A stretch of DNA of 64,000 nucleotides from an uncultured delta proteobacterium (GTDB lineage: Bacteria; Myxococcota_A; Polyangia; Palsa-1104): positions 64,001 through 128,000 of the forward strand of contig CAWAWS010000020.1 in NCBI GenBank assembly GCA_963785725.1, written 5' to 3'. Shown in pieces: positions 8,957 to 18,496 of the stretch. Position 1 is the stretch's first letter; each line of letters opens with the position of its first letter. The position numbers and the translations under genes were made by a program. The notes beneath the pieces were generated by a model. It did no database searches, was not told where the DNA came from, and saw nothing but the letters and a program-made list of their open reading frames with translations.

Positions 8957-11425
8957 ATGAACGCGCGGCTCATCCCGCTCTTCGTCGTGCTGCTCGCCGG
9001 CGGCTGCGAGGACCTTCCCGAGGTCGCGCTCGGCATGTGCGGCAACCACGTCCTCGAGCCGAGCCGCGGCGAAGACTGCGACAACGGCTCGGCCGGCTGC
9101 GGCGCACCGACCGACCCCTTGCGCGCCTGCCGCTTCGTCTGCAGCTCGGTCGTCGCCTGTCCGACCGGCTGGTCCTGCGGCACCGACCGCATCTGCCGCG
9201 AGCCGACCGGCGACTACACGCTCGGCCCCGCCATCACGAGCGCGCGCGGCGCCGCCGGCAACGTCTTCGGCGTCAGCGACGTCGACGGCGACGGCGTGCC
9301 CGACCTGGTCGTGCGCGGCCCGTCGCTGCTCGGCTTCTATCACAACGACGGCTTGGGGCAGTTCACGCCGCTCATCAGCGGCAGCGCGCCGCTCATTGCG
9401 CCGGCGACGACGCCGTGGCCGGCGCTGGCGATCGCGGGCGGCGGCGCGTCCCTCTTGGCGGCGTTCGGCGCCCAAGGCGTGACGGTGGCGACGTGGCAGA
9501 GCGGCACGCTCGATCCGTGGGTGCTGCCGACGACGGTGCTGCCGCAGCTCGGACTGTCGATGGCGAGCGGCCTGCCGGCGCAGCCGCTGTTCGTGGGCGT
9601 CGCCGTACAGCCGCCGGCGACGCCGGTCGCGCTGTTCCTGCAGGACGACACGATCCCGCGTCAGCTCGTGGCCTATCCGCTGAGCACCAACCTCATCGCG
9701 CCGGTGCTGCCGCTGACGGCGGTGCCGGTGCCCGACGCCTGCGTCGGCGACGGACGCTGGGTCGTGCGCACGAGCCCGGTGCCGCAGCCGACGACGCTGG
9801 TAGCGCTGAGCGGCACCGACACCTGCGTCGCCAGCTTCGGCAGCGCCGGCCAGCTGACGCTGCAAGCGCTGCCGACGCCGTCGACGCTGGCCTTGGAGAC
9901 GCGACCGGCGCTGGCCGACATCGACGGCGACGGCAGCCTCGACGTCGTCGCGTCCGTCGAGCAGCTCGGCAGCGGCGTCAACGCGCAGCTCGTGTGGCTG
10001 CAGGCCGCCGGCACCGGCGCGATCGCGTTCGGCGCGCCCATCGTCGTGCCCGTCCAGCATGTCGCCAGCAGCAACAGCGCGCCCATCGCCGACGGCGCCA
10101 TCGGCGTCGGCCGCTTCACGATCGACGGCACGCGCGACGATCTCGTCATCGCCGGCACGGTGCTGCACAACGAGACCAGCGGCAGCGGCAGCGGCTTCGA
10201 TCCCACGTCGGGCTTCCTCGCGTACGCGCCGCCGCCGGGCGCCGCCAGCGGCTCCAATTCGGCCGCCGGCGACCTCAACGGCGACGGCGTCTCCGACTTC
10301 GTCGTGTGGGGCAGCGGCGCCTCCGTCTGCTTCGCCAGCGGCGACAGCGCCGGCAACTTCAGCTGCGCCGCGCTGGCCACGTCGCTGTCGCCGACCGACA
10401 CCGTGCTCATCGGCGACATCAACGGCGACTCGATCGGCGACGTCATCGCCGAGCAAGAGACGGCGCCGGGGACGATTCAGGTGCTGCTCGGCCATTACCG
10501 CGCGGCGCTGGAGCCGGTGGCGGTGACGCCGCAGGCGCCCAACGGCGTCGCGCTCGGCGGCGGCGCGCTGTGGCCCGGCGGCGTCGGGCTCGACGGGCAG
10601 CTGGCCGTCTATATTCCGCGCGCCGGGATCGCCAAAGGCATCGCCGACGCCAACGGCGCCTTCACGTTCAACTACCCCATCGCCGCCATCGACGTCGCCT
10701 TCGTCGGCGGCGATCCCGACTTGTGGGTGGCGACCGAGATGCAAGACGGCGGGCGCGTCATCCGCTTCCCGCACGGCCTCATCACCGGCGCCGTCGAAGC
10801 GCCCTTCGGGCTGCCGGCGAACGGCGCGCGCTTCTTCACGCTCGATCGCAACCAGCCGCTGCCGCTGCTGGTCGACGGCGTGGCGGCGTCGCCGTGGATC
10901 GTGACCGAGAGCGCCGCCGCCGACTCGCCGGCGACCGTGACGATGCTGCCGCCGGCCATCCCGCTGACCAACCAGCTCGTCGTCGACCTCGACGGCGACG
11001 GCATCGCCGAGATCGTGCAGGAGCGCAACACGACCGGCTGCGGCGTGCGCGTGCTGCACTGGGCCCACGCGAGCGCCGACAGCGCCATCGTCGATCCGCC
11101 CACGGTCATCGACACCACGCTCTTGTGCGCCGACTTCTTGGTCATGGACACGCCGCCGTTCGACGGGCGCCTCGATCTCGTGGCCACGCACGGCGACTTC
11201 GGCTCGGGCGACGGTCAGCTCGTGTTTCAGCAGCAGCCCGACTTCACGTTCCTGCAGTCGAACCAGGTGGTCATGATCGACGACGGCACGACGTTCGGCA
11301 CCTTGCCGGTGTCGCTGACCGAGATCGCCACCGTCGACGTCAACGGCGACGGCTTGAGCGACGTCATCGCGCTCACCGAAGACAGCACGCCGCACGCCAT
11401 CATCGCCAACGTCAAGCGGCGATGA
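8957..11425 (+). CDS. FG-GAP/VCBS repeat lipoprotein with Cys-rich N-terminus
   Basis: Lipobox LAGGC; CGNHVLEPSRGEDCD myxobacterial Cys motif; multiple DxDGDG/DxNGDG repeats. Confidence 0.88.
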   Translation: MNARLIPLFVVLLAGGCEDLPEVALGMCGNHVLEPSRGEDCDNGSAGCGAPTDPLRACRFVCSSVVACPTGWSCGTDRICREPTGDYTLGPAITSARGAAGNVFGVSDVDGDGVPDLVVRGPSLLGFYHNDGLGQFTPLISGSAPLIAPATTPWPALAIAGGGASLLAAFGAQGVTVATWQSGTLDPWVLPTTVLPQLGLSMASGLPAQPLFVGVAVQPPATPVALFLQDDTIPRQLVAYPLSTNLIAPVLPLTAVPVPDACVGDGRWVVRTSPVPQPTTLVALSGTDTCVASFGSAGQLTLQALPTPSTLALETRPALADIDGDGSLDVVASVEQLGSGVNAQLVWLQAAGTGAIAFGAPIVVPVQHVASSNSAPIADGAIGVGRFTIDGTRDDLVIAGTVLHNETSGSGSGFDPTSGFLAYAPPPGAASGSNSAAGDLNGDGVSDFVVWGSGASVCFASGDSAGNFSCAALATSLSPTDTVLIGDINGDSIGDVIAEQETAPGTIQVLLGHYRAALEPVAVTPQAPNGVALGGGALWPGGVGLDGQLAVYIPRAGIAKGIADANGAFTFNYPIAAIDVAFVGGDPDLWVATEMQDGGRVIRFPHGLITGAVEAPFGLPANGARFFTLDRNQPLPLLVDGVAASPWIVTESAAADSPATVTMLPPAIPLTNQLVVDLDGDGIAEIVQERNTTGCGVRVLHWAHASADSAIVDPPTVIDTTLLCADFLVMDTPPFDGRLDLVATHGDFGSGDGQLVFQQQPDFTFLQSNQVVMIDDGTTFGTLPVSLTEIATVDVNGDGLSDVIALTEDSTPHAIIANVKRR

Positions 11426-11453
11426 GCGGCGCCGAATCCGGTATGCTCGCCTC

Positions 11454-12728
11454 ATGATCGGCGTGGGCACGGTGATCGCCGAGAGCTATCGCGTCGAGGG
11501 CGAGCTCGGCCGCGGCGGCATGAGCGTCGTCTATCGCGCCACGCACCTGCGCCTGCCGACACGCGTCGCCATCAAGGTCCTGCACGCGCACCTCGGCGAC
11601 GGCACGGCCAAGAGCCGCTTTCGCCGCGAGGCCGAGCTCTTGGCCGCGCTCAAGCATCCCAACATCGTCAGCGTCATCGACTTCAACGAGATCGACGGCT
11701 TCCCCTACTTCGTCATGGAGTATCTCGACGGCGAAGATCTGGCGCAGCGGCTCTTGCGCGATCGCAAGCTGCCCTTGTCGCAGGTGTTGCCGCTGGTGCG
11801 CCAGATGGCCGAGGCGTTGAGCGCGGCGCACGAGCGCGGCATCGTCCATCGCGATCTGAAGCCGCAGAACGTCTTCTTGTGCCATCCGCCGGCCGGCTCG
11901 TCGACGCCGACGGTGAAGCTGCTCGACTTCGGCATCTCCAAGCTGCTCGGCTCGTCGGACGGCTTGACCGGCAGCGCGCTCACGATGGGCACGCCCAGCT
12001 ACATGTCGCCCGAGCAGGCGCGCGGCGAGAGCGGCCACGTCGATGCGCGCGCCGATCAGTTCGCGCTGGCGCTCATCGTGTACGAGCTGCTGGCGGGGAA
12101 TCATCCGTTCCGCAGCGCCGAGGCGCCTCTGGTGACGATGTCGCGCATCGTCTCGGCGGAGGCGCCGCCGATCGCCGATCTGCCGGCGGGCCTCATGCGC
12201 GTCCTTCTGCGGGCGCTGGCCAAGCAAGCCGACGCGCGTTGGGCCAGCGTCGGCGAATTCGCCGCCATGCTCGACGCGGCCGCGGGCGGCGGGCCGCCGA
12301 CGACCGCGCCGGCGCCGCCGCGACGGAGGCCGCTGACGTGGGCGATCGTCGCGGCGGGCGCGGCGGTCGCCGTCGGCGGCGGCGCCCTCGTCGTGCAGCG
12401 CGCGCGACACGCCGCGCCGGCGGCCGTCGCGCCCGCGACGCCGCCGCCGCCGGTCGCGCAAGTCCCGTCGACCGCCGATCTCGCCGCCGGCGCGACGGCG
12501 CCGGTGAGCGGCAGCGCGTCGCCGTCCGCGTCGCCGGTCGCGGCAGCTTCGAGCAGCGACGTAGGCGACGCGGCGACGAAGCCAGCGCCAATGCCGGCGA
12601 AGCCGAAGGCGAAAGCGAAAACCGACGCCAAGCCGAATGCGAAACCGAATACGAAATCGAATACGAAGCCGACGAAGCCGACGAGGATCGATCCGCAGTT
12701 TCGGCTCGAGGATCCATTTGCGCGCTAG
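11454..12728 (+). CDS. Hanks-type Ser/Thr protein kinase, single TM
   Basis: GRGGMS, VAIK, HRDLKPQN, DFG, YMSPE; TM then Ala/Pro/Lys-rich tail ending LEDPFAR. Confidence 0.95.
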   Translation: MIGVGTVIAESYRVEGELGRGGMSVVYRATHLRLPTRVAIKVLHAHLGDGTAKSRFRREAELLAALKHPNIVSVIDFNEIDGFPYFVMEYLDGEDLAQRLLRDRKLPLSQVLPLVRQMAEALSAAHERGIVHRDLKPQNVFLCHPPAGSSTPTVKLLDFGISKLLGSSDGLTGSALTMGTPSYMSPEQARGESGHVDARADQFALALIVYELLAGNHPFRSAEAPLVTMSRIVSAEAPPIADLPAGLMRVLLRALAKQADARWASVGEFAAMLDAAAGGGPPTTAPAPPRRRPLTWAIVAAGAAVAVGGGALVVQRARHAAPAAVAPATPPPPVAQVPSTADLAAGATAPVSGSASPSASPVAAASSSDVGDAATKPAPMPAKPKAKAKTDAKPNAKPNTKSNTKPTKPTRIDPQFRLEDPFAR

Positions 12729-12731
12729 GTT

Positions 12732-13859
12732 ATGATGAGGGCGATCATCATAAGCGTGCTGCTCGTCGTTGCCGGACTCGGCCGCGCGGCGGCGGGCGAG
12801 GCGCAGCCGGTCGAGGACGCGCGCCGCCTCTATCTCGCCGGCCGGCAAGCGTACGAGGCGGGGCGGCTCGAGGTCGCGGCGGCGTCGTTCGAAGCGGCGT
12901 ACGGGCAGGAGCCGCGGCCGGCCCTCTTGTGGAACTTGGGGCAGACCTATCGCCGGCTGTTCATCGTGCATCAGCAGCTCGAGCAGCTGCGCCGCGCCGT
13001 CGACGCCTATCGCAACTACCTCATCGGCTCGCCGACGGGGGAGAATCGCGACGAAGCGACGCGCCTCTTGGCCGAGCTGACGCCGCTCTTGTTGCGGCTC
13101 GATCCGGGCAGCGTCGGCAGTGCGCCCGCGCCGCCGGCGCCGAGCCCGGCCAAGACCGAGCTCATGATCCTCGCCGACGCGTCAGCGGCGACGGTCGAGC
13201 TCGACGGCCGCGCGGCGACGCCGGCGCCGCTGTTGGCCGAGGTCGGCGAAGGCGAGCATCACGCGCGCGTCGCCGGGCCGGGCTATGCGCCGGTGGAGCT
13301 GAAGGTGCAAGCCGTCGCCGGGCGGCTGGTGACGAGCGAGGCGCGCCTGGTGCCGCTGCCGGCGTTGGTCGACGTGTACGGGCCGCGCGGCGCGCAGCTG
13401 CTCGTCGACCAACACGCCGCCGGACGGCTGCCGCACGCGACGCTGCCGCTGACCGAGGGCGCGCACGCCGTCACCGTCTTGGCCAACGGGCGCGTGCCGT
13501 GGTCGTCGTCGCTGACGCTGAGCCGCGGCGATCGCGTGGCGCTGCAGGCGCGCCTGCGGCCGACGCGCCAGCGGCGCGCCGTGCCCTGGCTGCTCGGCCT
13601 CGCCAGCGCGTCGGCGCTCCTGTCGATTCCGTTCGCTGCCGTCTGGGGACAGGCGGAATCGGCCGCCGACAAGCTGGAGACGATGCGGCTCGATGGCAGC
13701 CTGACGCTGGCACAGACGGCGACGTACACGAACGATCGCGCGCGGCTCGAGCAGTTCCGCGCGGCCACGATCGTGACGCTGAGCCTCACGGCCGTATTGG
13801 GCACGACGACCGCCGCCCTCTTCTGGCTCGACCACCCCAAGCAGGCCGACGACAACTAG
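12732..13859 (+). CDS. TPR and PEGA domain protein
   Basis: Signal peptide; ARRLYLAGRQAY..PALLWNLGQTYR TPR; two PEGA-like units; two C-terminal hydrophobic helices. Confidence 0.88.
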   Translation: MMRAIIISVLLVVAGLGRAAAGEAQPVEDARRLYLAGRQAYEAGRLEVAAASFEAAYGQEPRPALLWNLGQTYRRLFIVHQQLEQLRRAVDAYRNYLIGSPTGENRDEATRLLAELTPLLLRLDPGSVGSAPAPPAPSPAKTELMILADASAATVELDGRAATPAPLLAEVGEGEHHARVAGPGYAPVELKVQAVAGRLVTSEARLVPLPALVDVYGPRGAQLLVDQHAAGRLPHATLPLTEGAHAVTVLANGRVPWSSSLTLSRGDRVALQARLRPTRQRRAVPWLLGLASASALLSIPFAAVWGQAESAADKLETMRLDGSLTLAQTATYTNDRARLEQFRAATIVTLSLTAVLGTTTAALFWLDHPKQADDN

Positions 13860-14806
13860 TTCCAGGGCAGCTGGCTGCGCTCGCGCCAATAGCGGTCGGC
13901 GGGCTCGACCAGCGACGCCAGCGCCGTCGCCGCCTTTGCGCCGTCGACGGCGCGGGCGCGCAGGTTCGCCGCCAGCTGCGCCGTCGTCACCGCGCCCGAC
14001 AGCACGACGTCGACGAACGGCTGCGCCAGCGCCGCCGCCAACGCCACGGCGTCGGGCCCGACGTTCAGGCGCGCCGCCGCTTGCGCCAACGGCGCCGGCG
14101 CGCTCGTCGCCGCCAGCCGACCGTTCGCCAGCGGCTCCTTGACGATGACGCGCAGCCCCGCCGCCTTGGCCGCGCGCAACGCCGGCTCCACCGCGCGCTC
14201 GAGCAGATTCCACGTCGCCTGCACCGCCGAGAAGAGCGGCCGCCCGTCGACGCGCACGGCGAGCGCCCGCTCGACCGTCTCCCGCTGCCGCGCGCCCGTC
14301 ACCGACAGCCCGATGGGCAGGCCGCCGTCGCGCAAGCCGCCCAGCCGCGCCAAGACGCGCGCGTCATCGAGGACGCCGCTCTCCAGCGTCGCCGAATGCA
14401 CCTGATAGAGCGACAGATAGCGGCCGAGCAGCGCCTGCGACTCGACGATCTGGCGCTCCAGCGTCGCCAGCGAATGATCCTTGATCTCGTGCTGCGCCGC
14501 CACCACCTGCCAATTCGCGACGTAGGTGTAGCCCCACTTCGACGACACCGTGACCGCGCCCGGCGCGATCGCGCGCGCCGCCAGCCATGACGCCAGGAAG
14601 CGCTCGGCCTCGCCGTACGATCGCGCGGCGTCGAACCAGCGCACACCCGCCTGCCAGGCGGCGTCGAGCACGTCGTGACAGCGCCGCTCCATCGCCGCCA
14701 TGTCGTAGTTGCCGTCGAGATCGCGGGCGTGGCCGAGCGTCATGTAGCCGGGCCGACCGAGCGCCGCCAAGCCCAGCGCCAGCTGCGCCCCGTTCGTAGT
14801 CGTCAT
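13856..14806 (-). CDS. Aldo/keto reductase
   Basis: LGLAALG, WFDAARSYG, SSKWG, LYQVHS, IGLS, QATWNLLE, KEPLANG. Confidence 0.92.
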   Translation of the reverse strand: MTTTNGAQLALGLAALGRPGYMTLGHARDLDGNYDMAAMERRCHDVLDAAWQAGVRWFDAARSYGEAERFLASWLAARAIAPGAVTVSSKWGYTYVANWQVVAAQHEIKDHSLATLERQIVESQALLGRYLSLYQVHSATLESGVLDDARVLARLGGLRDGGLPIGLSVTGARQRETVERALAVRVDGRPLFSAVQATWNLLERAVEPALRAAKAAGLRVIVKEPLANGRLAATSAPAPLAQAAARLNVGPDAVALAAALAQPFVDVVLSGAVTTAQLAANLRARAVDGAKAATALASLVEPADRYWRERSQLPWN

Positions 14807-14848
14807 GTCGCGCGATCATAACGTCGATCGCGCCGACCGCCAGGACGC

Positions 14849-15430
14849 TTACAAGACCTCTTCGATCGTGTGCACCGGTCCCGTCGGGCTGTTCTCGCCG
14901 ACGCCGACCGCGACGATGCGATTGAGGAACGCGTACTTCGGCGCCGCCGTCTCGAAGCGCGGCACGGTGCGGAAGTAGTAGCGCGCCGGATCGACCGCCT
15001 CGCCGCGACCGAGCGCCGCGATGACCTCGGGCGGCCCGTGGCGAATGCCGTCGAAGGTCATGTGGATGAGCGCGCCGTCGTCGGTCTCGAGCGTGATGCG
15101 CAGGTCGAGCTCGAGGACGCCGTCGGGCCGCAAAGTAGCCCAGTCGCCGCCGCCGGGCAGCACGTTGCCGCGCAGCCGTTCGCCGGCGAACGTGCCGCCG
15201 GTGATGGGAAACGTCAGCCGCGCGCCGTGCGGAACGGCGCCGATCGCCTGCACGGGCGCGGTGGTGAGCCGGAGGGTCAGAAGCGGTCGAAAGTTCATGG
15301 CAGCATGATCCTTTGGCAAGGACGAGACGGGCGCCGGCGCCACGCGCGCGCAGCCTGCAAGCGGCGCCGCCAGGCCGACGAGCGCCGTGGCAGCGACGAG
15401 CTTCAAGACTTGGCGGCGCGTGGCCGGCAA
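14849..15430 (-). CDS. DUF3237 family protein with possible Tat/lipoprotein leader (alternative ATG 15298)
   Basis: ITGGTFAGERLRG.VLPGGGDW..LETDDGALI..YFRTVPRFET..YAFLN; N-terminal TRRQVLK..LAGC. Confidence 0.85.
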   Translation of the reverse strand: MPATRRQVLKLVAATALVGLAAPLAGCARVAPAPVSSLPKDHAAMNFRPLLTLRLTTAPVQAIGAVPHGARLTFPITGGTFAGERLRGNVLPGGGDWATLRPDGVLELDLRITLETDDGALIHMTFDGIRHGPPEVIAALGRGEAVDPARYYFRTVPRFETAAPKYAFLNRIVAVGVGENSPTGPVHTIEEVL

Positions 15431-15431
15431 A

Positions 15432-15884
15432 CTAGAGGATCTCGTCGATGGTGTAGATGGGGCCGGCGGCGCGTCGATCGCCGCTGGCGACGGCGACGAG
15501 CCGATTCAGGAAGGCGTACTTCGGCGCCGCCGTCTCGAAGCGCGGCGCCGTGCGGAAGTAGTAGCTCGCCGGATCGACGAGCTCGCCGCGCCCGAGCGCC
15601 GCGATGACCTCGGGCGGCCCGTGCCGCAGGCCGAACGACGTCATGTGAATCAGCGCGCCGTCGTCGGTCTCGAGCGTCAAGCGCAGATCGAGCTCGAGGA
15701 CGCCGTCGCCGCGCAGCAGCGTCCAGTCGGCGGCGGCGCCGGGCGCGACTTTACCGCGCAGCCGCGGCCCTTCGAACGTGCCGCCGGTAATCGGCGCCGT
15801 CACGCGCGCCCCGTGCGGCCCGGGACCGAAGCGCTGTGGCCCGACGACGGCCACTTCCAGCGTCATCAATAGGCGCGACTTCAT
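15432..15884 (-). CDS. DUF3237 family protein
   Basis: Same motifs as the downstream paralogue; ATGA overlap with the tautomerase stop. Confidence 0.88.
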   Translation of the reverse strand: MKSRLLMTLEVAVVGPQRFGPGPHGARVTAPITGGTFEGPRLRGKVAPGAAADWTLLRGDGVLELDLRLTLETDDGALIHMTSFGLRHGPPEVIAALGRGELVDPASYYFRTAPRFETAAPKYAFLNRLVAVASGDRRAAGPIYTIDEIL

Positions 15885-16117
15885 GGTTTGGCGGCCGCGC
15901 GCCGGCGCCGATATTCGGCCACCGGCAAGCCGCCCCAGCCCCAGTTTTCGAGGGCGACCTCGTCGATGATGACGAAGGTCGACTCGACGGGCTTGCCGAG
16001 GACGTCGCGCAACAGCTCGCTGACGCCTTGGATGAGCCGCGCCTTCTCGTCGCTGGTGACGCCATCGGCGCCGGGTGTCGTGCCCTCGCGCGTGACTTGG
16101 ATGGTGACGACGGGCAT
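15881..16117 (-). CDS. 4-oxalocrotonate tautomerase family protein
   Basis: N-terminal Pro after Met; KARLIQGVSELLRDVLGK..VIIDEV..NWGWGG. Confidence 0.9.
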   Translation of the reverse strand: MPVVTIQVTREGTTPGADGVTSDEKARLIQGVSELLRDVLGKPVESTFVIIDEVALENWGWGGLPVAEYRRRRAAAKP

Positions 16118-16128
16118 GGCGCGCGCTC

Positions 16129-16836
16129 CTAATGTCCCGCCGACTGACCGCCGTCGACGTGCAGGATTTCGCCGGTGACGAAGCCGGCCGTGTCCAAATA
16201 GAGGATGGCGTCGACGACATCCTTGATTTCGCCGAGGCGCCCGAGCGGATGCAGCTTGGCCAGCGCCGCGTACGACGACTCGGCGTGCATCGGCGTCTTG
16301 ACGATGCCGAGCGCCACCGCGTTGGCGCGCACGCCGCGGGCGGCGTACTCGATGGCCAGCGACTTGGTGGCCGCGTCGAGCCCGCCCTTCGTCAGCGAGG
16401 CCAGCACGCTCGGCACGCCGGCGATCGCATGGTCGACGAGGCTCGTCGACACGCTGACGACGTGGCCGCTCTTTTGCGCGACCATCGGCACGAGCGCGCG
16501 CTGGGTCATGTGGAAGAACCCGGCCGTGTTCACGCTCAGGAAGGCCTCGTAGTCGGCCTGCGTGTACTCGGTGAACGGCTTGGCGATGAAGATGCCGGCA
16601 TTGTTCACGAGCGTGTCGATGCGGCCGAAGCGCGCCAAGCCTTCGCCGATGGCGCGCTCGGCGGTGCGCGGGTCACCGACGTCGCCGGCGACGGTCAGCA
16701 GGTTGGGATCCGTTGACGGTTTGATGGTTCGCGACGTCGCGACGACGCGATAGCCACGCTCGCGGAAGCCGGCGACCAAGCCCGCTCCGATGCCCTGAGA
16801 TGCTCCGGTGATGACGACTACTTTTTTCTCACTCAT
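16129..16836 (-). CDS. Short-chain dehydrogenase/reductase
   Basis: TGASQGIG, NNAG, SLTKGG (atypical YxxxK), VTGEILHVDGG. Confidence 0.92.
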   Translation of the reverse strand: MSEKKVVVITGASQGIGAGLVAGFRERGYRVVATSRTIKPSTDPNLLTVAGDVGDPRTAERAIGEGLARFGRIDTLVNNAGIFIAKPFTEYTQADYEAFLSVNTAGFFHMTQRALVPMVAQKSGHVVSVSTSLVDHAIAGVPSVLASLTKGGLDAATKSLAIEYAARGVRANAVALGIVKTPMHAESSYAALAKLHPLGRLGEIKDVVDAILYLDTAGFVTGEILHVDGGQSAGH

Positions 16837-16891
16837 GGCGGAGAATGTCGGGCGTCGTGACGCCTCCGAGAATAGCCGCCGCGCGCCATAC

Positions 16892-16914
16892 ACTGTTGCT
16901 GCCGGCGCCATAAT
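16892..16914. promoter_or_regulatory. Possible LysR recognition site upstream of the SDR operon
   Basis: Imperfect dyad ACTGTTGC-N7-GCCATAAT about 55-80 bp upstream of the SDR start. Confidence 0.35.
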
Positions 16915-16973
16915 CCCCCCGTCGATACGAAACCGCACGCTCGCGCATCACGCCGGCGACGTGAGCTGACCGG

Positions 16974-17873
16974 TCAGGCCGTGTCCCATTCGGCGGCGGC
17001 TTCGTCGACGAGCTCCAAGAAGGCGCGCACCTTCTTCGGCAGGTAGCGCGACGTCGGAAACAGCGCCTGAATCGCCACCGGCGGCGGCGCGAACTCGCGC
17101 AGGACTTCGACGAGCTGCCCCGCGCGTCGCGCCGCCTCCATCTGAAACGACAGCGCGACGACGATGCCGCCGCCGTCGATTGCGTATTCGATGGCCGCGT
17201 CGCCGCTCGTGCAGAAGAAGTGCGGCTCGACGGTGACCGAGAGCGCCGCGCCGTCGTGCTCGAAGGGCCACTCGCGCCGCGGCGTCAGGCCGCGAAAGGC
17301 GACCAGCCGATGCTCGACGAGCTCGCTCGGCCGCCGCGGCGTGCCGTGCTGCGCCAGATAGGCCGGGCTCGCCGCCAACATCTGCCGCGTCCGCCCGACG
17401 GAGCGCATGATCAAGTTGGAGTCGGCCAAGTTGCCGATGCGAATGGCGACGTCGATCCCGTCGTCGATCAAGTTGACGTTTTGCGGCGCCAAGACCAGCT
17501 CGGCGCTGACGCCGGGATACTGCGCCAGATAGCGCGACAAGATCGGCCGCACGTGCATGCGCCCGAACAGCGGCGGCGCGGCGACGAAGAGGCAGCCGCG
17601 CGGCTCGTCGCGCTCGGCCTGCGCGGCCAGGACGGCGTCGTCGACCTCGGCCACGATGCGGCGCGCGCGCTCGAGGAAGCGCACGCCGGCGTCGGTCAGG
17701 TTCACGCTGCGCGTCGTGCGCTGCAGGAGGCGCACGCCGAGCTGCTCTTCCAGGCCGGCGACGAGCCGCGTGACCACCGACGTCGACAGCCCGAGCTTGC
17801 GCGACGCCGCCGCGAAGCCGTGCAAGTCGCAGACGACGATGAAGGCCTGCATCGCGTCCAGCCGATCGGTCAT
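16974..17873 (-). CDS. LysR-family transcriptional regulator
   Basis: MTDRLDAMQAF..GFAAASRKL..LEEQLGVRLLQRTTRSVNLTDAG; DVAIRIG. Confidence 0.93.
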   Translation of the reverse strand: MTDRLDAMQAFIVVCDLHGFAAASRKLGLSTSVVTRLVAGLEEQLGVRLLQRTTRSVNLTDAGVRFLERARRIVAEVDDAVLAAQAERDEPRGCLFVAAPPLFGRMHVRPILSRYLAQYPGVSAELVLAPQNVNLIDDGIDVAIRIGNLADSNLIMRSVGRTRQMLAASPAYLAQHGTPRRPSELVEHRLVAFRGLTPRREWPFEHDGAALSVTVEPHFFCTSGDAAIEYAIDGGGIVVALSFQMEAARRAGQLVEVLREFAPPPVAIQALFPTSRYLPKKVRAFLELVDEAAAEWDTA

Positions 17874-17968
17874 GTCGACGCCAACGATACACGTTTTTAC
17901 GCGCCTGCCGGATCGTCGCCAGCCGGCGCGCCGCGGCAACGGCGCGCCGGCTGTTGCGGTGGCGAGGA

Positions 17969-18487
17969 CTAAGGCCCGAGGTCGGCCGGCGGAACCAGCG
18001 CCAGCGTCAGCGTGCCCAAGTCGAGCGGCGGCTGGCCCGGGAACGTCGCCGTCACCGCTTGCGACTCGTAGTCGACGCCCGCCGCCGGCGAGAACTGCCC
18101 GCCGCCCTGCATGTAGAGCACGGCCAGCACCTGCTTCGTGCCGCTCAACCCGGTCGCGTCGATGGGCAGCCGCAGCGACTGGCCCGCCGTCAGCGTCGGA
18201 TTGTCCTGGTAGAGGATGCCCGCCGGCGGACCGGTCACGGGCAGCGAATCGAACGCGGCGACGAGCAGCTGCCGCGTCGTGCCCGTAAAGCTCGCCGGCA
18301 CGACGATCAGCACCGACGAGCCGGCGAGCGCGAGGTCGGCCGTCGCCGCCAGGTCGTGCCCGCCGCCGTTGCCGCCGGTGCCGCTCGTCGTCGCCAGATC
18401 GTACGTCGTCGTGCCACCGCCGCCGGACGTGGACGAGCCGCCGCAGCCAATGATGACGAGCAACATCAATAGACCCACCTGACGCAT
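17969..18487 (-). CDS. Hypothetical lipoprotein
   Basis: GGAG RBS; lipobox IIGC; Gly/Thr linker with DLA x3; beta-rich C domain; 9 bp downstream of the cytochrome gene. Confidence 0.8.
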   Translation of the reverse strand: MRQVGLLMLLVIIGCGGSSTSGGGGTTTYDLATTSGTGGNGGGHDLAATADLALAGSSVLIVVPASFTGTTRQLLVAAFDSLPVTGPPAGILYQDNPTLTAGQSLRLPIDATGLSGTKQVLAVLYMQGGGQFSPAAGVDYESQAVTATFPGQPPLDLGTLTLALVPPADLGP

Positions 18488-18496
18488 GCGATCTCC

